A DNA stretch of 64,000 nucleotides from Pseudomonas phage sp. 30-2, in sequence record LC727697.1; one strand, written 5' to 3'. Positions 1-10,069 of the stretch are shown in pieces. The stretch's first letter is position 1, and each line of letters starts with the position of its first letter. A program made the translations under genes and the position numbers. The notes below the pieces were generated by a model that did not search any database, was not told the origin of the DNA, and saw only the letters and a program-made list of their open reading frames with translations.

Positions 1-81
1 TGCCAGAGTAAATTACAATTAATCTAGCTTTATTAGATATTTCTAAAATTTCGTCATAATAAATTTTATGCATAGTCAGAA

Positions 82-387
82 TTATTTTAACCATTTGCCG
101 TGATAATATCTTCTTCCTATAGCAAGGAAAATGTATTCATCGTCTATATCTTTAAATGATACTTTAATGTCCACAGCACCCCATACAACAAGTGATGTAG
201 TTGTGTGCTGTAATAGTAGAATACGATATATGGAATCTAACTTTATGTTATGAAGTACAACTGCGCCTTTTCCTGTTCTTCGGTTTATCGAAAGAACATG
301 ACCGCCTAAACTCGTTATTAACGTGATACAGTCCGTGTCAAAGAAGATTTCGGAAGTTGATGCTTGAATGTTAATGATAATATTCAT
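82..387 (-). CDS. hypothetical small protein (about 100-aa early-gene-like array)
   Basis: ORF in tightly tiled same-strand array; AT-rich; no recognisable motif. Confidence 0.4.
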   Translation of the reverse strand: MNIIINIQASTSEIFFDTDCITLITSLGGHVLSINRRTGKGAVVLHNIKLDSIYRILLLQHTTTSLVVWGAVDIKVSFKDIDDEYIFLAIGRRYYHGKWLK

Positions 388-456
388 ATATTTTATTCAC
401 AATTGCACATTGTTTTTTATTATTGCACATTGTGCATGTTATAGCAACTGAAAAAG

Positions 457-738
457 TTATTGGTAAAGACCTTTCCATATAAGTGTACCATTATATGATA
501 TGCAAATTGCATACTTATTATCGAATATTACGCGGCAAAATGATTGTATTATAAAAGGAGATAGTGTAAACACACACAAATATAAATGATGTATTCTGCT
601 AGCAGCACGGGAACCCATGTATGGTATAGATATGCTATAAAATATGATTCCAGCAGCGTTGAACAAGTCTACACAGTTATGAGAAAATGAAGTTATATAA
701 GTCTCTTTACTTAACAATAGTATTAATTCATCGTTCAT
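457..738 (-). CDS. hypothetical small protein
   Basis: tiled minus-strand ORF, stop/start overlap with next ORF. Confidence 0.4.
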   Translation of the reverse strand: MNDELILLLSKETYITSFSHNCVDLFNAAGIIFYSISIPYMGSRAASRIHHLYLCVFTLSPFIIQSFCRVIFDNKYAICISYNGTLIWKGLYQ

Positions 739-1028
739 AACATATTTGTACGAAATACAGCATCTGCTGATATATTAGATTTATTTTGACGGAAAAGTAT
801 AATAGACGGTAAATATACCAGTTTATTTGTATAATATTGTATAATTATAGGTAATGAAATATAGTTTAACCAACTGTTATCTATATAAGGAAAATTACAC
901 ATACCATGCAAGTGTATTGGTATTATTTTATAAAAGAATATACCTTTATTGCCAACAAAGGTAATATTTGTGTCGAATATAATACAATTTGTGTTATTAC
1001 TTATATGTAATATAAAATCATATTTCAT
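735..1028 (-). CDS. hypothetical small protein
   Basis: tiled minus-strand ORF. Confidence 0.4.
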   Translation of the reverse strand: MKYDFILHISNNTNCIIFDTNITFVGNKGIFFYKIIPIHLHGMCNFPYIDNSWLNYISLPIIIQYYTNKLVYLPSIILFRQNKSNISADAVFRTNML

Positions 1029-1042
1029 TAAGTATAGATATC

Positions 1043-1309
1043 CTAATTAACACAACTAGTCATGATAACGCCATTGCAATTGCGTATAAAAGCATATCTG
1101 GGGGTGACATAAATTTCGGAACAATTTTTACTTATATAAATGATAATAAAACTATCTGTTATTAATTCGTCTACAACAATTAATGACTTAGTTTTAGATA
1201 AAAAATTTATAAAGTATACCACTTTATTATAATTTTGAAAACGCACAACATCGTCTAATAATGCTATCTGTTTAGTATTAATAGAAATTGTAAGTATTAA
1301 TTTAGTCAT
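1043..1309 (-). CDS. hypothetical small protein
   Basis: tiled minus-strand ORF. Confidence 0.4.
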   Translation of the reverse strand: MTKLILTISINTKQIALLDDVVRFQNYNKVVYFINFLSKTKSLIVVDELITDSFIIIYISKNCSEIYVTPRYAFIRNCNGVIMTSCVN

Positions 1310-1530
1310 TTAAAGGTATATAGTATGTATAATAACTGTTTAGTGCAATAACACGACAATCTGAGTAACATGCAGCATATATTGTATCTGTGTGATAAGA
1401 TAATACCAATATATTAAATATGCATCCGGTAGGAAATAGATTTTTCATTAATAATTTATTTTATCTAATTGACATATTTAATAGTGTCACAATAACTAGT
1501 ATACACTAATTAAAATTAATGGTATGATAT

Positions 1531-1866
1531 TTATGGTGTAACTTGATCTGATTTAGCAGATACGTTACTAAGACAATAAAATATCTTTAACTTAGTAGTA
1601 GTTACCTGTATCTTTTCTCTACCAATAATAAATAAAAGCTTATTACAATATTTAGACGTTAGTAAGATTTTTTGTTTCCAATCAAAATCGAAAATGTCGA
1701 TTGGGTGTCCTGCGGCTGAACGTATTGCATAAAATACTCTATTGTGTTTATTAATTAAATAAAATGTAGTTATATTAGAACACTGGACAGCTATCTCGCA
1801 CGAAATATAAAATATATTGTCCATCAAATTACCTATGTATTGTACAATTATATTAGTAAGTGACAA
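1531..1866 (-). CDS. hypothetical small protein
   Basis: tiled minus-strand ORF. Confidence 0.4.
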   Translation of the reverse strand: MSLTNIIVQYIGNLMDNIFYISCEIAVQCSNITTFYLINKHNRVFYAIRSAAGHPIDIFDFDWKQKILLTSKYCNKLLFIIGREKIQVTTTKLKIFYCLSNVSAKSDQVTP

Positions 1867-2146
1867 TCTTAGAGAAAAATTGACCTACTTTTGTGAGCAC
1901 ATATATTTGAATTAATTCGTGATGCACAGAAAATTTAAAAATATCTGTGTAAAACTGAACTAGTGCGGGAATCTCATATATTGTCCCCCAGCCATTACTT
2001 CCGTCGTCTATCACTACCGGATGTGAATTAAGATTTTTTGTTACAACATAGATACATTTTTGATCAAATCTGTATAATAAGAATGTGCTATTACTCGTTG
2101 ATGTTATATAGTATGTATTGTTTGATATAAAAAGAATAATATCCAT
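1853..2146 (-). CDS. hypothetical small protein
   Basis: tiled minus-strand ORF overlapping neighbour by 14 nt. Confidence 0.4.
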   Translation of the reverse strand: MDIILFISNNTYYITSTSNSTFLLYRFDQKCIYVVTKNLNSHPVVIDDGSNGWGTIYEIPALVQFYTDIFKFSVHHELIQIYVLTKVGQFFSKIVTY

Positions 2147-2258
2147 TTAGTGTTCCGCATTTAATTAACTTGTACACTAACATACAACACTTAATAACAC
2201 AACAGAGTTTTTATAATGAATAATACATAAGATATCACATTTTTCTGCAAATGTACTG

Positions 2259-2582
2259 TCACTGACCTATGTAATATAACAAATCTGTTAAAGATCTTCT
2301 GTCATCAGAATAAAAATAAAATACTACTTTATCGTATATTCTTAGTTCAGTGATGTGTTTACATTTACATGACAAAATAAAAATAAATAATTTTTTAAAT
2401 ACTGATATATCGAGATTTAACATAAGTGATACTGTTTTACCATATTTTACTTCTGTTATATATTTGATTATATCGTTAGAGGGGCTAGTTCGAATATATA
2501 TTATATTGTTTATATGTCCGATTGACCGGTCTATACCTATTTGTATATTATCAATGCTAGCTATACAAAATATTAAATTCAT
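2259..2582 (-). CDS. hypothetical small protein
   Basis: tiled minus-strand ORF. Confidence 0.4.
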   Translation of the reverse strand: MNLIFCIASIDNIQIGIDRSIGHINNIIYIRTSPSNDIIKYITEVKYGKTVSLMLNLDISVFKKLFIFILSCKCKHITELRIYDKVVFYFYSDDRRSLTDLLYYIGQ

Positions 2583-2583
2583 T

Positions 2584-2925
2584 TTATAATAAAACAGAAA
2601 TATTTATAATTACAGAAGATGAATAACAAGACGAATATGTCATATTCGTATCAACTACTGACAGTAGTATATTTCTGTTATTATTTTTTATTATAAAACT
2701 TGCATTATCTGCTCCATATGCTATCGTGTGTGTATGGTTACATAATGCAATAATATCTATACTGCAATTATTATAGGATATAAATGAACAATTATGCCAG
2801 TTTTTGAGATGATATGCTGTAAATTCTCTAGCTCCTGTAGTATTATTAATGGTAACTATACATCCGTATTCTGCTTCTAATTTTCTACTTCTTATAAAAT
2901 TCTGAACATATAATATATTATTCAT
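2584..2925 (-). CDS. hypothetical small protein (YGC..T.G motif shared with 17914..18237)
   Basis: tiled ORF; EYGCIVTINNTTG resembles DYGCITLHNDTFCLGTG in 17914..18237. Confidence 0.4.
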   Translation of the reverse strand: MNNILYVQNFIRSRKLEAEYGCIVTINNTTGAREFTAYHLKNWHNCSFISYNNCSIDIIALCNHTHTIAYGADNASFIIKNNNRNILLSVVDTNMTYSSCYSSSVIINISVLL

Positions 2926-3412
2926 TTATGATACGCCGTAACAAAGGTGTTGGATCTAATAAATTTTCAGGTCTGCTAGTATTTAATTGCCATAATCCAA
3001 TAGAATTTGTAGTTCCTTTTGTATATCGTTCTACGTGAAGCATAGACATAGGACGTCCTTTGTTCTTTTTTAACACTTGTTCTACTCTGCCGATACATGT
3101 TCCAGCTGGTACAGTATCTCCTATGTTAATCCAATTTCCTACTAATATTTCGCCGTATACCCATACACCAAATACGTCTTCTACTACTAATGCACTTGTT
3201 TTATTCCACCAAGGTGTTCCGCAACCTGGTCCTGTAAAATCTTTTATTATATTAACTACTTTACCCGATAGCATTGTAAACACAGGTTCTTTATTTTTAC
3301 AATAAAGGTCTACGCCTTCGTGTATATGATTTTTTCGTTGGTATGCAAATCCGCCCGGATGTGTGTAATCTGGGATATTATTCAATTCTATAAATGGTTT
3401 TTGAAATATCAT
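2918..3412 (-). CDS. M23 family metallopeptidase (LytM-like peptidoglycan endopeptidase)
   Basis: HEGVDLY (HxxxD) and SMLHVE (HxH) motifs typical of peptidase M23. Confidence 0.75.
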   Translation of the reverse strand: MIFQKPFIELNNIPDYTHPGGFAYQRKNHIHEGVDLYCKNKEPVFTMLSGKVVNIIKDFTGPGCGTPWWNKTSALVVEDVFGVWVYGEILVGNWINIGDTVPAGTCIGRVEQVLKKNKGRPMSMLHVERYTKGTTNSIGLWQLNTSRPENLLDPTPLLRRIINE

Positions 3413-3732
3413 ATTATGTAGGATACGTTTATCATAGTATATGCTTTTAACTTCCGAAATGATATAGTAAACAAATGCGAAGAACTGTGTAATTGAGTGT
3501 CATTGTACGAAAAAATCGTATCTCTTGCACGATGCGAAACATTACACACATCTATTATATGAATAGGAGTACACAGTATACTGGATACAACTTTTGTTAT
3601 AGGCCTACCCATTCCGAATATAACAAAATGAAACGATGTATAATTACTCAGTCTTATTGTATACGAATATCTTGTTATATTGCATAATATACTTGAATCA
3701 GACATATCATATTGTAGAAAATGTATATTCAT
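3409..3732 (-). CDS. hypothetical small protein
   Basis: tiled ORF. Confidence 0.4.
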   Translation of the reverse strand: MNIHFLQYDMSDSSILCNITRYSYTIRLSNYTSFHFVIFGMGRPITKVVSSILCTPIHIIDVCNVSHRARDTIFSYNDTQLHSSSHLFTISFRKLKAYTMINVSYII

Positions 3733-3881
3733 ATACAGCTATAAACTTATTGTTGCGTTCTGTTATATATTGAATTATATAATTACCAAATACATCTGCT
3801 ATACAAAATGTAACGAAATCACTATACGCATCTTCAGATATAGACGTGCATCTAGCAGTAATTGATACAATATATGTAATG

Positions 3882-4241
3882 CTAGCTGACATACGATATT
3901 CTATATCTGCAATATACTTCATCTGCAATACGGGGTCTTAATATACCCACAGAGCATATAGTATTGTGCATTATATCATCTAATACATATGTACTGTTTC
4001 TATATCTGTTTTTTATAGAATACACTGTATTGACTAATTTAAATAAATCTATTTTGAATTCATTTTTATATTTTAAGGTACATAATCCTGTAGTTAAATT
4101 AGTTGCCCATAAAATTATAGTAATATTAGGTGAAATATATAACGACCATATAGTGATTGTATGGTCCATTACCTTTATACTTCGTGTATTTTTAGAAATA
4201 TAATAAATTTTTTCTATATTAGAATGCATGTCCGAGCCCAT
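3882..4241 (-). CDS. hypothetical small protein
   Basis: tiled ORF. Confidence 0.4.
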   Translation of the reverse strand: MGSDMHSNIEKIYYISKNTRSIKVMDHTITIWSLYISPNITIILWATNLTTGLCTLKYKNEFKIDLFKLVNTVYSIKNRYRNSTYVLDDIMHNTICSVGILRPRIADEVYCRYRISYVS

Positions 4242-4555
4242 GTGTGATTTTTGTAACTATATAACAATCCGTTTCCTTTATTATTAATAATACATACAGA
4301 TCTAGTTTTATAATACATCTCTGAGGCCATTTTAATCATAAAACATTTACTAGATAAAGACAGTACACATATATCATTTTTAAATGTGTAAATGTATGAT
4401 AAGTGCTCTGAATCATGGTTTAAATTATATCTTACAAAAAAGTTTAATGTTTTTGTTGGTTTGTCATATAATCCTTCTATACTTATAACACTGTTACCTA
4501 TAACAGCCACGTTTGAGCATCCTGCTTGCATTTCTAGTATATTGTTTTCCTTCAT
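4214..4555 (-). CDS. hypothetical small protein
   Basis: tiled ORF. Confidence 0.4.
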   Translation of the reverse strand: MKENNILEMQAGCSNVAVIGNSVISIEGLYDKPTKTLNFFVRYNLNHDSEHLSYIYTFKNDICVLSLSSKCFMIKMASEMYYKTRSVCIINNKGNGLLYSYKNHTWARTCILI

Positions 4556-4603
4556 TTCAATACCTTATTTAAGAAATAACTAAACACAAATTATATCACA
4601 TGT

Positions 4604-4936
4604 TTATACAAAACACACCGGATCCCAATTATGGAACCGAGAACCTTGTATATCTATATTTAAGAAACATGGATTTATACCTAATGCTACTGCACGGTTT
4701 GATTCCATTTCTAAGTATAAAGTAGGATAGTCGAAACATATAATACAACACAAGGTAGACACCAAAAATACATTGATATGTAGATTTTTTGCAAACATAG
4801 AATACAAAGACGATTCTTTGTTACTGTAATGGAATACTTTCATGTTTTCTGAGTTAACAATAAAAAACCCGTAATTGTATTTTGAGTTATCTATTTCTAT
4901 TTTGTCACAATTGCTTTGTAATTTAATGATAAACAC
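4604..4936 (-). CDS. hypothetical small protein
   Basis: ORF, hydrophobic central segment. Confidence 0.4.
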   Translation of the reverse strand: MFIIKLQSNCDKIEIDNSKYNYGFFIVNSENMKVFHYSNKESSLYSMFAKNLHINVFLVSTLCCIICFDYPTLYLEMESNRAVALGINPCFLNIDIQGSRFHNWDPVCFV

Positions 4937-5148
4937 TTAAAATACCTTATATAATTTTGTTAAATTAACCCAACACGAATGGATAGTCAAGCATTTTGCG
5001 GTTCTTTGTCCTGTACATCTAACTCAGCAATAGTTGTACAGATTTTACTAGAATTGCAATAATAAGAATATACATAAAGAAGTTACATTTTTAGTTTGGA
5101 ATTTAAATGCAAATGGTGCGTTATGGTCTTATGCTAAAATACATTCAT

Positions 5149-5496
5149 TTATGCTAATACTATTTCGGATGAATAATTTTTACTACTAATACTATCATTT
5201 GCTATTTCATTGTATAAAATTGTACTTGAGTTACTGTCTGTCAATACTACTACTATTCTATTAATAATATAAGATGATATTTTTTGTGTTAATAGCTGAA
5301 TCTTAAATATATCTAAGTATATCAAACTATTGTTATATGTATAGTCTACAAACCACGACTGTAATGAATTTTCAATTTCTACACAATAAAATATATTATT
5401 ACCACGTCTATCTTTGATAATAAAATTATAGCGGTATGACCGGTCGTCTGGTTGTATTGTTTCCTGCAAAGCACTTAGCGTTATTATAGTATTCAT
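5149..5496 (-). CDS. hypothetical small protein
   Basis: ORF. Confidence 0.4.
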   Translation of the reverse strand: MNTIITLSALQETIQPDDRSYRYNFIIKDRRGNNIFYCVEIENSLQSWFVDYTYNNSLIYLDIFKIQLLTQKISSYIINRIVVVLTDSNSSTILYNEIANDSISSKNYSSEIVLA

Positions 5497-5604
5497 TTGC
5501 TACTAGATAAAATAAACACAAGTTTATGTTTAACACCGACATACGGTATTATATGATAATTCCTTGCTTGAATAGAAATAACAAGCATTGTTAAAAGTGA
5601 GTGT

Positions 5605-6216
5605 TTAGCCATTCTCTTCTCTTACTTTTTTTGCAATCACTTTAAACAATCCTGGATTTACTTTAAGTGCTTGAGGAATTATATTATGTCGAATTTGATT
5701 TCTATTAAAATTAGTGTCTCGGTTACTAGGATCTTCTAACCATTGTACACCATTACTTTTCGCATATTTTTTAAATTCGTTTTTTGTAGTAAGCATAAAC
5801 GGTCGGATGACATTTTTTTTCCGATACGGAATGATACGAGGCGAACCGTGCATACTATAAAACAACCACGTCTCTACGTTGTCGTCTAGTGTATGTGCAG
5901 TCATGATTTCTAATTCATGAGAGTGCAGAAATTTATATCGTTCGTTTCGCCAATGTTCTTCCCAACTGCAACCTTTTGGTTTTTTTGTGTTAATGCAGTA
6001 TACATGGCAATTTATTTTATTGTCGCTACAATAATCTCTCACAAATTGCTCTGCTTTGATATCATACTCCGATCCGTGGTTTACATGAAAGACATCGAAG
6101 TTATTTTGTGGATATTTCTTTAAGAAGGACAATGCAACCATAGAATCAATACCGCCCGAAACAGCGATACCAAATTTCTGTCCATAATATGCAATGGGTT
6201 TTACTAACTTAATCAA
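5605..6216 (-). CDS. tilS: tRNA(Ile)-lysidine synthetase, minimal N-terminal PP-loop domain
   Basis: PP-loop SGGIDS; AHTLDDNVETWL; RPFM; WLEDPSNRD..RNQIRH match TilS signature blocks (AHxxDDxxET, RPLL, WxEDxSN..RNxIR); a QueC reading was considered and rejected. Confidence 0.8.
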   Translation of the reverse strand: MIKLVKPIAYYGQKFGIAVSGGIDSMVALSFLKKYPQNNFDVFHVNHGSEYDIKAEQFVRDYCSDNKINCHVYCINTKKPKGCSWEEHWRNERYKFLHSHELEIMTAHTLDDNVETWLFYSMHGSPRIIPYRKKNVIRPFMLTTKNEFKKYAKSNGVQWLEDPSNRDTNFNRNQIRHNIIPQALKVNPGLFKVIAKKVREENG

Positions 6217-6521
6217 ACCTAATATCCTTCCTTCATAACTAATCCAAGTACATAAGAAAAATTACACGATTCTAAACCAGTTCTTAAACTTTTTCTATAT
6301 ATATGATATGTAGTTAAGGTATCATCAGTAGTAACTGACAAGAATACCATATTGCTCCAGATATATATACATTTATAGTTCAACGATATGCGTTGTAACG
6401 CTAGTATGCTGTACATGTTTTTATGCACTGTATTGTTAGCTGTATTAGCGTTATACATGCGTTTGCACGTTATTGCAAACTTGCGTATAGCATAATGCAA
6501 ACGTGCAAAATAACGCATTTT

Positions 6522-6818
6522 TTAAATTCCTCTTATTTTATTAATTTCCCGCTCAACGGATGTCATAGCTCTACTAAAGGAAATATAAATGTCAGTGTCG
6601 TATAACCTCCATACAACAAATCTATATCTAACTAGAAATTTTATATATGTATACTTAACAGATATAAAAGATATATAAAAAATAGAATTAACTTTAATAA
6701 ATCTAGTTTCATTATTGATAAATGGGTATTCCTTGCCATAAATTTCGCACAAAAATGCCCCTTCGGGATTATCACCTACATAATACAATATCGGTTTCAT
6801 TTTAATTATATTTGCCAT
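6522..6818 (-). CDS. hypothetical protein
   Basis: ORF. Confidence 0.4.
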   Translation of the reverse strand: MANIIKMKPILYYVGDNPEGAFLCEIYGKEYPFINNETRFIKVNSIFYISFISVKYTYIKFLVRYRFVVWRLYDTDIYISFSRAMTSVEREINKIRGI

Positions 6819-6992
6819 TCAGGAAAGACACCCATACATCCGTCTTGAGATACGTACAAATACCTACCATACTTATCTGACTTTGTAACGTATACCCATG
6901 CCTTTTTAATGTTTAATCCGAAAATATAAAAAGTTATGGTTGTAGTATTTGCACAAATTGAATAGTTTAGTATTAAACTCATACTATACCTC

Positions 6993-7214
6993 TTACCAAT
7001 ACTTTTTTCTTCGTTTATTCTTCGGTAACAAATGTTCCCCGGATAATTTTTTTATCATTTGCCGTTGCTGCTCTTGTGCAGTTTGTTTACAAGACTTAGA
7101 ACAATATAGTCCCCAACCTCTTTTAACATCGGCAATTCTTACTTCGAATACATTATTACATTCTATATTATTGCATGTTATTTTAGTTTTCTTTCCCCTA
7201 GGCGTTGTTGACAT
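6993..7214 (-). CDS. small basic Cys-rich (zinc-ribbon-like) protein
   Basis: CNNIEC...CSKSC Cys pairs, Lys/Arg-rich tail. Confidence 0.45.
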   Translation of the reverse strand: MSTTPRGKKTKITCNNIECNNVFEVRIADVKRGWGLYCSKSCKQTAQEQQRQMIKKLSGEHLLPKNKRRKKYW

Positions 7215-7303
7215 TTAATTACTCGCAACAATACACTGTGTATTAGAATGCACAGTGTATATTATAGATAGTTGAATGCATGACTTACTTTGTTTCTTAC
7301 TAT

Positions 7304-7332
7304 AAAAAAAGGGCACAATGTGCCCTTTTTTT
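7304..7332. terminator. rho-independent terminator
   Basis: aaaaaaagggcacaatgtgcccttttttt. Confidence 0.75.
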
Positions 7333-7337
7333 ATATT

Positions 7338-7487
7338 TTACTTCTTGCCAGTGGAAGAAGTAATAATTTCTTTACCGCAAACAGTGCAACGATAGCCCTT
7401 AGTAAACACGTTATGCACACGATTACCTTTGCCGTACACACTGTCCTGGAAATCATGTGCGCATTTGCACGATTTGATATTATCCAC
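7338..7487 (-). CDS. unlisted small zinc-ribbon protein (49 aa, GTG start)
   Basis: Minus-strand frame VDNIKSCKCAHDF...YRCTVCGKEIITSSTGKK; GAGGT 5 nt upstream of GTG; stop abuts hairpin terminator 7304..7332; locally GC-richer. Confidence 0.35.
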   Translation of the reverse strand: MDNIKSCKCAHDFQDSVYGKGNRVHNVFTKGYRCTVCGKEIITSSTGKK

Positions 7488-8298
7488 GTTTACCTCTGCT
7501 AGTTAATGTGTTGAGTGTTTAGTATACTGTTTTATAACAACGAAATCTAGCATTTTTTTAAATTCTTATAACTGGTCCAGCCTAAGCCCCCTATTTCATG
7601 CGAAATATAAGTTGTATAATCATAATTACCTATACTCATCGATCTTGTATCATAAATCATACGTCTATACAAAACTATCCCTTTTTCTCCCCGGACCCAT
7701 ATACATGTATATATGGTACTTGGTTCTATGCATATTTGGCGTGCATTATAAGACAGTTTTAGGATCATATTTAGTTTTTACCTTAGCAAAAATAAATCCA
7801 AAATCATTTACAAATGATATAATGTAAACTGTATTACCTTTTATGTCTTTTTGTACATGTTCTACTATATGTAATTTTATAGAATTATACGATAATCCTA
7901 TAATAGAGGTATTGAAATTTGGATTATATGACATATTAGAATCCTTCTTATATGCAAATATTTATTGCTTAGATTCTTAATATATTATATCTATTAATAC
8001 GTTATAATGTAATTCAGAGACATTCAGGTTATATTTGTTTTCTAAATATAATCTCACTAAGTTTGTTTAGTGTTATTATCTTTTTTAGATTTATTTTCAT
8101 TTCTTTCTTCTATACAAAACGATAATAGGTTTATAACAGTTGGTAGTAAGCAACATGTAGCTAAATTAGAAACAATGTCAATTCTTATTAAACTATATAT
8201 TTTATTAAAAATGGAAATAAAAAAATTAGAATATTTAATAGAAACAACGATTGTACTATTTCTAACTACTCTAGATAATTTACATAATAATGATAGAT

Positions 8299-8529
8299 TC
8301 ATTTGTATAACTTATTTCTCAGATCAAACAACGACTGGCATTCCACACATTTTGTTGCACTTGGTAGTATACGTTTTCTTTCTTCTCCTATTTCTTCTCC
8401 GCAATCTATACATTCGGTATAGCCAGAATTTCTTGCCATTTCTTTTCGTATTTTACTTACAGCTTTTTCTACAATTTGTTCGTGGGTTTCAGCAAGTCCG
8501 CTGTCATCTATATCAAATTCTGAACTCAT
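8299..8529 (-). CDS. TraR/DksA-family C4 zinc-finger protein (start corrected to internal Met)
   Basis: CIDCGEEI...CVECQ four-Cys finger; the listed upstream Met lies inside the terminator hairpin 8604..8634, so MSSEF start with AAGGA SD is preferred. Confidence 0.7.
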   Translation of the reverse strand: MSSEFDIDDSGLAETHEQIVEKAVSKIRKEMARNSGYTECIDCGEEIGEERKRILPSATKCVECQSLFDLRNKLYK

Positions 8530-8603
8530 AAAACATTTCCTTGTTATTAAACGTCCATTATTTATTATTTGTATAATAGCATAAGAAAAATAAAAATACA
8601 ATA

Positions 8604-8634
8604 AAACATTGCCCGCATTAGCGGGCAATGTTTT
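8604..8634. terminator. rho-independent terminator
   Basis: aaaacattgcccgcattagcgggcaatgtttt. Confidence 0.7.
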
Positions 8635-8635
8635 A

Positions 8636-9274
8636 TTAATATTGTTGCCAAAGATTTTTGGATTTCATTTCATTTACTAACCATGTGCAAAATTTAGCAT
8701 GCCCGGCAGCATTTAAATGCAATCCATCACCAAAATATGTTGCATTTTGGACAGGTGCTTGTTTCCCATCTATAAAATAGACATTACTATTATTAGCAGA
8801 AACAAGTGAAGTAACCCATTGTGCTGTATTTTGAAAATCTGCAAGTACATTAGTCGTTCCGTCGTATTTTAACACAGATGTATCCTTATCTTGTCGCCAT
8901 ATAGGCGAAACAATTACAACAGGTATGGTTAACGATATTGCTGCATTCAAAAAATCAGTTAAAGCATAAAAATAATCGACTGTAGTTACGTATGGACTTC
9001 CGTAGTCGTTTGTACCTAATGTACACACAACTCCGTTTAACCCGAAAAATCCATGTAATTTGCTTAATGAAGAAATATCAAACGGATCACTAGGATCAGT
9101 TCCTTTTGCTAAACGCATACCCGGGACAGACACGTTCTGTATAGATGCGTTTACTTTAAACGGTATCATAGATGCAGTGAGTTTATCTGCCCTCGGAATA
9201 ATACCACTATTACTATTTTCTAATACCCATGCCTGGATAGAATCTCCAACTAATGCCCAACGCTGTTGCCACAT
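8636..9274 (-). CDS. SGNH/GDSL-family hydrolase
   Basis: N-terminal GDS(I) block and C-terminal GDGLHLNAAGH (DxxH) block. Confidence 0.75.
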   Translation of the reverse strand: MWQQRWALVGDSIQAWVLENSNSGIIPRADKLTASMIPFKVNASIQNVSVPGMRLAKGTDPSDPFDISSLSKLHGFFGLNGVVCTLGTNDYGSPYVTTVDYFYALTDFLNAAISLTIPVVIVSPIWRQDKDTSVLKYDGTTNVLADFQNTAQWVTSLVSANNSNVYFIDGKQAPVQNATYFGDGLHLNAAGHAKFCTWLVNEMKSKNLWQQY

Positions 9275-9335
9275 AATATATCTCCTACATAATTAAAGAT
9301 ATTTAGTGGCATTGCATTTATAAATCTAATGTGTG

Positions 9336-9854
9336 TTAATCTTTATAACACACTTGTTCTAAATCTTTGGCGTCAGCGTCGGATATTTCTAAGATTGTTA
9401 ACCAATTTTTAAAATATTTAGATAATTGATGAGATCTTTTGTGGGTGTCTTTATGATATATTTTAAAATCTTTGAAATTTTGAACCTTATCTGCTATTAG
9501 CATTTCTTTTACAGGATGAATAATATGACCTATTTTTTTAGATGCATATTCAACTGTCCAATGATCTGTTTCTTTTTTACACAAATATGTATTTGCTTTG
9601 TGTCTATATTCCATTGCAAGAAGAATACTTTTTGTTACCAGGCCGCCTGTGCTTACTACTAAATCATAGTTATTTTCAAATTCTTCGTTATTTTGGAGCA
9701 AAGGATGTAAACAAAATGCTTCTTTTACTTCGTATGAAGAATTTATTGTATCTAAAATTTTTAGACCTTCATCTATATGGTTCATTAACGGAATCCCGGA
9801 ACGTTTAGCAACCCGGGTACCATAATATTCTTTAATTAAATCATACCCTTTCAT
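9336..9854 (-). CDS. hypothetical protein
   Basis: 172-aa ORF; no secure motif. Confidence 0.5.
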   Translation of the reverse strand: MKGYDLIKEYYGTRVAKRSGIPLMNHIDEGLKILDTINSSYEVKEAFCLHPLLQNNEEFENNYDLVVSTGGLVTKSILLAMEYRHKANTYLCKKETDHWTVEYASKKIGHIIHPVKEMLIADKVQNFKDFKIYHKDTHKRSHQLSKYFKNWLTILEISDADAKDLEQVCYKD

Positions 9855-10069
9855 GCTGAATATTTTCCTTCCATTAAGTATATAAAACTTTTTGTGTATT
9901 TTCCTTTATTATACTGAGTATCGTTGTGCGAAGTAGTCTCGTAAGACCATTTATACCATATAGAACCGTCTGAAAAATATTCTGCCAGATCGTAGTGTAC
10001 ACCATAATGGCGTGATGAATCTATAAAAATTAAACAATAGGAACTTAATTTAAAGATGTAATCTATCAT
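9851..10069 (-). CDS. hypothetical small protein
   Basis: ORF overlapping start of upstream gene by 4 nt. Confidence 0.4.
   Translation of the reverse strand: MIDYIFKLSSYCLIFIDSSRHYGVHYDLAEYFSDGSIWYKWSYETTSHNDTQYNKGKYTKSFIYLMEGKYSA

Noticed and set aside
5605-6216. Alternative reading of the PP-loop protein as QueC (which would fit the deazaguanine theme)
   Set aside because: Lacks the QueC C-terminal Cys zinc cluster. Blocks AHTLDDNVETWL, RPF(M/L), WLEDPSNRD and RNQIRH match TilS specifically.
8070-8531. 153-aa plus-strand ORF
   Set aside because: Antisense to the TraR-like gene and an 81-aa minus ORF. The translation is Leu/Phe-rich low complexity.
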